DNA of 33,628 bases, taken from positions 1 to 33,628 of the IMG/VR virus record IMGVR_UViG_3300024191_000022; one strand, given 5' to 3'. The stretch is from a virus (lineage: Duplodnaviria > Caudoviricetes). How positions within the stretch are numbered: position 1 is the first letter of the stretch; each line of letters starts with the position of its first letter. Position numbers and translations under genes: made by a program. Shown here piece by piece: positions 27,708 through 33,628 of this stretch. The notes beneath the pieces were generated by a model. The model worked only from the letters and a program-made list of their open reading frames with translations, was not told where the DNA came from and did not search any database.

Positions 27708-27885
27708 TTTTTTGGGGGCGGGCGAGGGCCATAGGGGGGTATACCGTTAGTATATATACACTCTGCAACACACGGGCTTTTTGAAATGACCCCTATAGTG
27801 TACAAAAGTTTCCTATACGAAACATTACACACGCAGACTACATAGAAAACTACAAGAAAACTACGTAGCTATACCGAATAGGGTG

Positions 27886-27913
27886 TTGACATGGGGTGTT
27901 TTCTGTGTAAAAC
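27886..27913 (+). promoter_or_regulatory. Sigma70-like promoter
   Basis: TTGACA-N16-TAAAAC. Confidence 0.45.
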
Positions 27914-27931
27914 TACGTAGTAGTAGTAGCC

Positions 27932-28086
27932 TATAGTTAAACATTAGAGTTACGACATAAATAAATGTTAGCTTTTATCAAAGTTTGGACTTAGGTATAG
28001 TTAAACATTAGAGTTAAACTATACAAATGTAAACATTAATAAATATTTCAACTAAATATAGTTGCAACTATAGAGTTTAACTATAG
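27932..28086. repeat. AT-rich repeat cluster (21-bp direct repeat, TATAGTT/AACTATA units, 16-bp palindrome)
   Basis: TATAGTTAAACATTAGAGTTA at 27932 and 27996; TATAGTTGCAACTATA at 28057-72. Confidence 0.85.
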
Positions 28087-28102
28087 GAAACTAACATTTC
28101 TC

Positions 28103-28131
28103 TTGACACTACTTTATATTTGTACTACACT
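28103..28131 (+). promoter_or_regulatory. Sigma70-like promoter driving the candidate sRNA
   Basis: TTGACA-N17-TACACT. Confidence 0.7.
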
Positions 28132-28137
28132 ACTTGT

Positions 28138-28257
28138 ACTTGGTGAGTTATAACAATAATAATAACAACTACTCACACCTGTGCTATAGCTACAAGTTGC
28201 TACAACCCTGTCTCCTCGTCTCCTCTTGTAGTAAACTCTGTAGTTATAGCACTTTTT
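28138..28257 (+). ncRNA. Candidate small RNA with anti-Shine-Dalgarno loop
   Basis: Promoter directly upstream; (AAY)6 tract in a first hairpin; 25-bp stem with G-U pairs; loop CCCTGTCTCCTCGTCTCCTC; TTTTT tail. Confidence 0.65.
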
Positions 28258-28285
28258 CACTTAAATGTTAACTTAAGGCTTGACA

Positions 28286-28546
28286 ATGCCTACAAAACCC
28301 GTACAACTATGTGCAAGTGAACGTGTATTAGAGGACTTCTACTCTGCGTTAGCTTCTAACAACTCTCGTGCTATGCAGAAAGTACACATTCCTAAGAGTG
28401 ATGTCTTTTATGTCCGTGAAGCTATTCACAATCGTACAGGGGAGTGGTACACATTAGATCACGTTGAACGTGCTATGTATTTAGAGGGCCACTTAACACG
28501 TTATGAAGTCCTAGATCCTGACAGGGAGCGTGGCTACGGGGAATAA
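28286..28546 (+). CDS. Hypothetical protein
   Basis: ATG at 28286 with TAAGG RBS; first gene of the + arm. Confidence 0.7.
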   Translation: MPTKPVQLCASERVLEDFYSALASNNSRAMQKVHIPKSDVFYVREAIHNRTGEWYTLDHVERAMYLEGHLTRYEVLDPDRERGYGE

Positions 28547-28555
28547 CTACTTATC

Positions 28556-28879
28556 ATGACTAAGCAGCTTGAAGATAACTCGTTGTGGAGTGAGGCTGAC
28601 CTAGATGGTGATGGTGTAGTAACTGACAAAGAGATTGAACTCTTCGAGCGCAAGGTACGCTTTGAGAATGAGGACAAGAAAGAGGACGCCCAGCGCAACA
28701 TGGCGTGGTTTGCTTTGTTTGGTATGCTTTTATATCCGTTTGCTATCTTATTAGCTTCACTTATGCAGTTAGATCAAGCGAGTAAGACATTAGGTAGCAT
28801 GGCTCCTACGTATTTTGTATCTGTTGCAGCTATAGTAGCGGCCTTCTACGGCAAGGAAGCATACACTAAAGGTAAATGA
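28556..28879 (+). CDS. Two-TM membrane protein with EF-hand-like loop (possible holin)
   Basis: DLDGDGVVTDKE 12-residue loop; two hydrophobic helices; basic C-terminus. Confidence 0.7.
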   Translation: MTKQLEDNSLWSEADLDGDGVVTDKEIELFERKVRFENEDKKEDAQRNMAWFALFGMLLYPFAILLASLMQLDQASKTLGSMAPTYFVSVAAIVAAFYGKEAYTKGK

Positions 28880-28883
28880 CAGT

Positions 28884-29162
28884 ATGGCTAAAGATCCTAG
28901 ACTAAAACGTGCAGGTGTTAGTGGCTTCAACAAGCCTAAGCGTACACCTGGACACCCTAAGAAGTCGCACGTAGTTGTAGCTAAGCAGGGTGACACTATT
29001 AAGACTATTAGATTTGGTCAGCAGGGAGTTAGCGGTGCCGGAAAAAACCCTAAGTCAGCAGGAGAGAAAGCACGTAAGAAGTCTTTTAAGGCTCGCCATG
29101 CTAAGAATATTTCTAAAGGAAAGACTAGCGCAGCATACTGGGCAGACAAGGTGAAGTGGTGA
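28884..29162 (+). CDS. Small highly basic phage protein
   Basis: IRFGQQG...RKKSFKARH...SAAYWA motif of a family I recall from marine phages. Confidence 0.75.
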   Translation: MAKDPRLKRAGVSGFNKPKRTPGHPKKSHVVVAKQGDTIKTIRFGQQGVSGAGKNPKSAGEKARKKSFKARHAKNISKGKTSAAYWADKVKW

Positions 29163-29410
29163 CTCTTATATCGCACTTTCCATTACCTAGCTTTCCTTTT
29201 CAGACACACGATAACATTGTGTTTGAGAAGGCAGATAAGGATAGGTCTAGCAGGAATAATGAAGAGTACAAACCAGAGCAGCCTAACGCTGTGACACCCG
29301 ATACACCAGTAGAGGACTTGAAGTTAGTTAATCAGATGTACGCATATAACCCTGACCCTAATAAGTTACGTAAGCCTGACGGTCAGATAGTTAACTTTAT
29401 AATTGCATAG
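29156..29410 (+). CDS. Hypothetical protein
   Basis: GTG start overlapping the previous gene; fills the gap. Confidence 0.6.
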   Translation: MVTLISHFPLPSFPFQTHDNIVFEKADKDRSSRNNEEYKPEQPNAVTPDTPVEDLKLVNQMYAYNPDPNKLRKPDGQIVNFIIA

Positions 29411-29430
29411 ACACACAGGAGATTTACACT

Positions 29431-29856
29431 ATGCCAATGGTCGGAAAGAAAGAGTTTCCTTACACAGCTAAAGGTAAGGCAGCAGCTAAGGCTGAAGCTA
29501 AGAAGACAGGTACACCTATGAAGAAAGCAAAAGGTTACGCTATGGGTGGGGCTTTAAAGAAGCCTGACGCTAAAGAGGCTGGTCTAAAGAAGCTACCTAA
29601 GTCTGTACGTAATAAGATGGGCTACATGAAAGACGGTGGTAAGACTAAGAAAAAAGGTTACGCTATGGGTGGGCCTACAACGCCTATGGAAGGCGAACAG
29701 AGCCGCTACCGTTCATCAGCTAGTCGTGCCCCTCAAGGCATGATGTCAGCTAGAGGTATGACTTCTGCTATGGGTATGGCTAAGGGTGGCAAGACAGGTT
29801 ACTCTAATTGTGGTGCATCTATGAAAGCTACGCAGTCAGGTACAGCAAAGAAATGA
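29431..29856 (+). CDS. Lys/Gly/Met-rich protein with repeated xxxGG motifs
   Basis: AGGAGA RBS; YAMGG x2, MKDGG, MAKGG; 22-bp DNA repeat at 29529 and 29652. Confidence 0.75.
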   Translation: MPMVGKKEFPYTAKGKAAAKAEAKKTGTPMKKAKGYAMGGALKKPDAKEAGLKKLPKSVRNKMGYMKDGGKTKKKGYAMGGPTTPMEGEQSRYRSSASRAPQGMMSARGMTSAMGMAKGGKTGYSNCGASMKATQSGTAKK

Positions 29857-29874
29857 GTTAAGTGCATAGCGGGG

Positions 29875-29948
29875 TTGCAGTATTGTCTGTAGTACGCTAA
29901 CATAAAATATGTATAACTACTCCATGCACATAAGCAAAAAGGAGTAGT
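29875..29948 (+). promoter_or_regulatory. Promoter and RBS-sequestering hairpin of the DUF1127-like gene
   Basis: TTGCAG-N17-TAACAT; ACTACTCC (29916-23) pairs with GGAGTAGT (29941-48). Confidence 0.55.
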
Positions 29949-29952
29949 GCAC

Positions 29953-30093
29953 ATGTTTAAGAACTTACTAAAGCGGTTCCAAGAGAACCAACAACGCAGA
30001 GCAGACTACTGGATTCTTATGAATCTGAGTGACAAAGAACTGCATGACATGGGGATCAGTCGTGGCGAAATCAGGCAAAAAGTCTACGGTTAA
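29953..30093 (+). CDS. DUF1127 (YjiS-like) small protein, 46 aa (not in ORF track)
   Basis: MFKNLLKRFQENQQRRADYWILMNLSDKELHDMGISRGEIRQKVYG matches LxxLSDxxLxDxGxxRxEI; AAGGAG RBS. Confidence 0.85.
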   Translation: MFKNLLKRFQENQQRRADYWILMNLSDKELHDMGISRGEIRQKVYG

Positions 30094-30247
30094 TGCAGCG
30101 GGTAATTATACTAAGCCTAGTATGCGTAAGCGCCTCGTTGCTTCCGTCAAAGCTGGCGGGAAAGGTGGAAAGCCCGGACAATGGAGCGCCCGGAAAGCTC
30201 AAATGGTCGCAAAGCAATATAAGGCAAAAGGTGGGAGCTACAAATGA
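30062..30247 (+). CDS. Small basic protein (N-terminal half of DUF5872-like family)
   Basis: NYTKP...GGKPGQWSARKAQ...YKAKGG; GTG start at 30062. Confidence 0.7.
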   Translation: MAKSGKKSTVNAAGNYTKPSMRKRLVASVKAGGKGGKPGQWSARKAQMVAKQYKAKGGSYK

Positions 30248-30351
30248 TTACTAAGTTAAAGATGATTATCTCTAAAGTAAAGAGGTACGTAATGCGTCTT
30301 ATTCGTGCTGTACTTAATCGTAAGTGTAATTGCGGATGTGAGTGCTGCTAG
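30244..30351 (+). CDS. 35-aa basic amphipathic peptide with Cys-rich tail (not in ORF track)
   Basis: MITKLKMIISKVKRYVMRLIRAVLNRKCNCGCECC; ATGA overlap upstream, abuts the next ATG; GGGAG RBS. Confidence 0.6.
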   Translation: MITKLKMIISKVKRYVMRLIRAVLNRKCNCGCECC

Positions 30352-30612
30352 ATGGCGCTGGCTAAATCTCAGAAGAGCTTGAAGTCTTGGGGTAAGCAGA
30401 AGTGGAGAACCAAGAGTGGTAAGCCATCGACGCAAGGCCCGAAAGCTACAGGGGAGAGATACTTACCTGAGAAGGCTATTAAGTCTCTTAGTTCTTCTGA
30501 GTATGCCGCTACCACACGAGCAAAACGAAAAGGCACTGCTAAGGGTAAGCAGTTTGTGGCTCAACCTAAGAAAGTTAGAGCCAAAGTAAAACCTCATAGA
30601 AAGATTAAATAG
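30352..30612 (+). CDS. Small basic protein (C-terminal half of DUF5872-like family)
   Basis: SQKSLKSW..QKWRTKSGK...RYLPEKA...GKQFV. Confidence 0.75.
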   Translation: MALAKSQKSLKSWGKQKWRTKSGKPSTQGPKATGERYLPEKAIKSLSSSEYAATTRAKRKGTAKGKQFVAQPKKVRAKVKPHRKIK

Positions 30613-30613
30613 T

Positions 30614-30985
30614 ATGGCACGTAATCTTACAGACAATCAACGTAGGTTCCTAGAGGTTCTCTTTGAAGAGGCTGGCGGTGATGTAGTACGTGCTAAGGTA
30701 CTAGCAGGGTACAAAGAGAACTCTTCTACTACAGCTATTGTAGATTCACTGAAGGATGAGATATTTGATGCAACTAAAACGTATATGTCAAGAGTTGGTC
30801 CTAAGGCTGCAGTTGCATATGCCAGTGCTTTGGACGATCCTACCCAGCTAGGCATTAAAGAAAAGATGATGGCTGCAGGTCAGATCTTAGATCGTGCTGG
30901 GTTAGTTAAGACTGAGAAGGTAGCTGTAGAGTCAAGTGGTGGTTTGTTTATCTTGCCACCTAAGAATAGTGATGACGAACAGTAG
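30614..30985 (+). CDS. Putative terminase small subunit
   Basis: LTDNQRRFL...AKVLAGY HTH-like N-terminus, ILDRAG, FILPPK; upstream of TerL. Confidence 0.7.
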   Translation: MARNLTDNQRRFLEVLFEEAGGDVVRAKVLAGYKENSSTTAIVDSLKDEIFDATKTYMSRVGPKAAVAYASALDDPTQLGIKEKMMAAGQILDRAGLVKTEKVAVESSGGLFILPPKNSDDEQ

Positions 30986-31406
30986 AGTTACAATTAAAGA
31001 AAGATCTCTACCGTTTCAGTACTGGATGCTACCTAAGGCTCCACTGAAAGTTAAGGTGTGGGAGAGAATACCTAGATCTAGTCCGTACATACCTTTCGGT
31101 TACGAAGTAGATCCAGAGGATGAGGAATGGCTTTTACCTATACCTAAAGAATTAGAATTATTAGAGCTTGCAAAAAAACATCTGAAGAGTTATAGTTACC
31201 GTAAAGTAGCTGCTTGGTTAACTACACAGTCTGGGAGAGAGATCTCTCACATGGGGTTGAAGAAGAGAATAGATGTCGAAAGCAAACGAAAAAGACTTAC
31301 TGCAATCAAACGCAACTTTGCCAAGCGGCTCGAAAAGACGTTACGTCAAATCGAAATCCTCGAAAAAGAAAGAGTCGGCTACTACAGCAGAGAAGAAACC
31401 CAGTAA
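30972..31406 (+). CDS. Protein resembling the 'recombinase' DNA-binding domain of large serine recombinases
   Basis: PFGY...LLP.P.E......SYRKVAAWL pattern with no catalytic resolvase domain. Confidence 0.6.
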   Translation: MTNSRVTIKERSLPFQYWMLPKAPLKVKVWERIPRSSPYIPFGYEVDPEDEEWLLPIPKELELLELAKKHLKSYSYRKVAAWLTTQSGREISHMGLKKRIDVESKRKRLTAIKRNFAKRLEKTLRQIEILEKERVGYYSREETQ

Positions 31407-32853
31407 GCCAGATGTTATACCAGCGGTAGCTAAGCCACCAGAGTACGACATTCCTACTGCACAGAACGTAGTCTTCCAACCTAACCCCGGTCCACAGACA
31501 GAATACTTAGCTTCGGGTGAACGTGAGGTACTATACGGTGGAGCAGCGGGTGGCGGTAAGAGTTACGCTACACTAGCTGACCCTCTACGTAATATGAATA
31601 GCCCAGACTTCAGTGGTCTACTTGTACGTCACACTACTGAGGAACTCAGGGAGCTTATACAGAAGAGCCAAGAGTTATACCCTAAAGCTATACCGGGTAT
31701 TAAGTGGTCTGAGCGTAAGAGCCAGTGGACTACACCAAGAGGCGGCACATTATGGATGTCGTACTTGGATAGAGACACAGACGTTATGCGCTATCAAGGA
31801 CAGGCGTTTAACTATGTAGCGTTTGACGAACTGACTCAGTGGCAGTCACCATTCGCTTGGAACTACATGAGGTCAAGATTACGTAGTGCAAACAAGGACT
31901 TAGGTTTGTACATGCGAGCCACAACGAACCCCGGCGGTGTTGGACATGCTTGGGTAAAGAAAATGTTCATTGACCCATCAGAACCAAATAAAGCGTTCTG
32001 GGCAACGGACATAGAGACTGGTGAGGTATTGAAGTTCCCATCAGGGCATAGTAAAGCTGGACAACCCCTGTTTAAACGAAGGTTCATACCTGCCAGTCTA
32101 TTTGATAACCCGTACTTAGCGGATAGTGGTGACTACGAAGCAATGCTTCTATCGCTACCTGAACACCAACGTAAGCAGTTACTTGAGGGTAACTGGGATA
32201 TTAACGAAGGTGCTGCCTTCCCTGAGTTCAATAGAAAGATACATGTAGTTGAGCCTTATTCTATTCCAAGAAGCTGGACTAAGTTTAGAGCTTGCGACTA
32301 CGGCTATGGGAGCTTTACAGGAGTTGTCTGGTTTGCTGTATCTCCCTCTGAACAACTCGTTATATATAGAGAACTCTATTGTTCTAAGGTTACAGCTACT
32401 GATCTAGCTGACATGATTTTAGAAACTGAACATGAGGATGGACCTATAAGATACGGTGTGTTAGATAGCTCCCTGTGGCATAAGCGAGGAGACAGCGGCC
32501 CGTCTTTGGCAGAGCAGATGAACCAGAAGGGTTGTCGGTGGCGTCCTTCTGATAGATCACGAGGCTCACGGGTGGCAGGTAAGAACGAGCTTCACCGCCG
32601 TTTGCAAGTAGATGAGTTCACTGAGGAGCCAAGACTCGTTTTCTTTTCTACTTGCACCAACACAATAGCTCAGTTACCTAGCATACCTCTAGATAAGAAA
32701 AACCACGAGGATGTAGATACTAATGCAGAAGACCACTTGTATGATGCAATTAGATATGGTATAATGACTAGACCTAGAAGTTCTTTATGGGATTTTAATC
32801 CATCAACACAACGCAGCGGCTTTCAGGCTTCTGATTCAACCTTTGGATATTAA
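31273..32853 (+). CDS. terL: Terminase large subunit
   Basis: GGAAGGGKS Walker A, VAFDE Walker B, TTNPGG, DYG and DHLYDAIRY nuclease motifs. Confidence 0.95.
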   Translation: MSKANEKDLLQSNATLPSGSKRRYVKSKSSKKKESATTAEKKPSKPDVIPAVAKPPEYDIPTAQNVVFQPNPGPQTEYLASGEREVLYGGAAGGGKSYATLADPLRNMNSPDFSGLLVRHTTEELRELIQKSQELYPKAIPGIKWSERKSQWTTPRGGTLWMSYLDRDTDVMRYQGQAFNYVAFDELTQWQSPFAWNYMRSRLRSANKDLGLYMRATTNPGGVGHAWVKKMFIDPSEPNKAFWATDIETGEVLKFPSGHSKAGQPLFKRRFIPASLFDNPYLADSGDYEAMLLSLPEHQRKQLLEGNWDINEGAAFPEFNRKIHVVEPYSIPRSWTKFRACDYGYGSFTGVVWFAVSPSEQLVIYRELYCSKVTATDLADMILETEHEDGPIRYGVLDSSLWHKRGDSGPSLAEQMNQKGCRWRPSDRSRGSRVAGKNELHRRLQVDEFTEEPRLVFFSTCTNTIAQLPSIPLDKKNHEDVDTNAEDHLYDAIRYGIMTRPRSSLWDFNPSTQRSGFQASDSTFGY

Positions 32854-32855
32854 GC

Positions 32856-33628
32856 ATGGCTATAGACGAAAACGATCAAGGCGAACTGTTTGAAACGGAT
32901 GATGTATCTGTAATTCAAGATGGTGATGAGCTAGACGCTTCTAGTGTTGTAGGTTATATTAATGAGCGCTTCAAGCGAGCAGAAGACTCTAGACAGAATG
33001 ATGAGACTAGATGGTTACGTTCCTATAGAAACTATCGTGGTATTTATGGGTCAGACGTACAGTTCACTGAAACTGAGAAGTCTCGTGTATTCGTTAAAGT
33101 AACTAAAACAAAAACGTTAGCTGCATATGGTCAGATCGTAGACGTACTCTTTGGTAGCTCACGCTTTCCTCTTACAGTTAATCCTACGATGCTACCTGAT
33201 GGTGTAGCTGAGTCGGTACACATTAGTATTAACCCTAATGCAGAACAAGGACAACAGGCGTTGTCGGAAGCCTTCGGTGAAAAGCCTAAGGTTTCTTTTT
33301 TGTTTGACCCTGATGAAAAGCTTAAGCCCGGTGAGACTATGTTTGACCGTATGAAGCGCTTAGGTCCACTAGAGGATAGACTAGCTGCGCTGGGCGATAA
33401 AGTTATTGAGGGTGCAGGAACTACACAAGACACTGTAACTTTCCATCCAGCTATGGTTGCAGCTAAGAAGATGGAAAAGAAGATCCACGATCAGCTAGAA
33501 GAGAGTGGAGCTAATAAGCAGCTACGTCACACAGCATTTGAGATGGCTCTGTTTGGTACGGGTATTATGAAAGGCCCGTTTGCTGTAGATAAAGAGTATC
33601 CTAACTGGAATGAAGAGGGTGACTACGA
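32856..33628 (+). CDS. Portal protein, 3' partial (not in ORF track)
   Basis: MAIDENDQGELF...RWLRSYRNYRG...KTKTLAAYGQIVDVLF...ALFGTGIMKGP; open to the window end; directly after terL. Confidence 0.85.
   Translation, partial: MAIDENDQGELFETDDVSVIQDGDELDASSVVGYINERFKRAEDSRQNDETRWLRSYRNYRGIYGSDVQFTETEKSRVFVKVTKTKTLAAYGQIVDVLFGSSRFPLTVNPTMLPDGVAESVHISINPNAEQGQQALSEAFGEKPKVSFLFDPDEKLKPGETMFDRMKRLGPLEDRLAALGDKVIEGAGTTQDTVTFHPAMVAAKKMEKKIHDQLEESGANKQLRHTAFEMALFGTGIMKGPFAVDKEYPNWNEEGDY

Larger units (their letters stand above)
1..33628. mobile_element. Bacteriophage genome segment, HMO-2011-type marine podovirus (probable alphaproteobacterial/Roseobacter host)
   Basis: Terminase, portal and internal virion genes; PolA with DnaJ-like Zn insert; integrase-primase-helicase-PolA-SSB-exonuclease-EndoI-MazG-RNR order; no host housekeeping genes and no RNA polymerase in the window. 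Confidence 0.9.

Noticed and set aside
27378-27832. ORFs 27378-27560 and 27593-27832
   Set aside because: They run through palindromes, G-runs and operator-like sites, with no RBS and implausible composition
27355-28276. dif/XerCD-like sites (CATTATAATATATAAAG; TTAAATGTTAAC)
   Set aside because: Only partial similarity, without correctly spaced XerC and XerD arms
26831-28285. tRNA or hammerhead ribozyme in the non-coding region
   Set aside because: No cloverleaf with T-loop GTTCRA and no CUGAUGA/GAAA core found by eye
243-33433. Many short ORFs antisense to or nested in long genes (e.g. 4142-4726, 8863-9279, 14669-15094, 33131-33433)
   Set aside because: Shadow frames of well-supported genes; no RBS or motifs, and contrary to operon orientation
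1-33628. Alternative genetic code or unusual CTAG abundance
   Set aside because: Genes are intact under code 11 with all three stops used; CTAG looks frequent but I cannot quantify it reliably, and GCT/CTA/TAG-rich codon usage may explain it

Overview
The whole window is part of a marine podovirus-like phage genome. The gene set matches the HMO-2011-type group of Roseobacter/SAR116 phages, especially the family-A DNA polymerase with a DnaJ-like CxxCxGxG zinc-finger insert. Layout: internal virion genes on the + strand (1-8643, one ending in a pesticin-like muramidase), then a bidirectional terminator. Next is a long - strand replication and nucleotide-metabolism arm (PhoH, EndoVII, glutaredoxin, class II RNR, MazG, EndoI, Cas4-like exonuclease, SSB, PolA, helicase, ThyX, primase, tyrosine integrase, C5 methyltransferase, small early genes). 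A ~1.45-kb divergent non-coding control/terminus region follows (26831-28285), then + strand small basic proteins, a DUF1127-like protein, terminase subunits and the start of the portal. The most striking unannotated signal is a candidate phage small RNA (~28138-28257). It has its own promoter, an (AAY)6 tract, a 25-bp G-U-containing stem, a loop with two anti-Shine-Dalgarno GUCUCCUC copies and a U-tail. The loop is complementary to the AGGAGAC(A) ribosome-binding sites of the phage's own PolA, RNR and several early genes. All family assignments come from motif recognition by eye; no searches were run.
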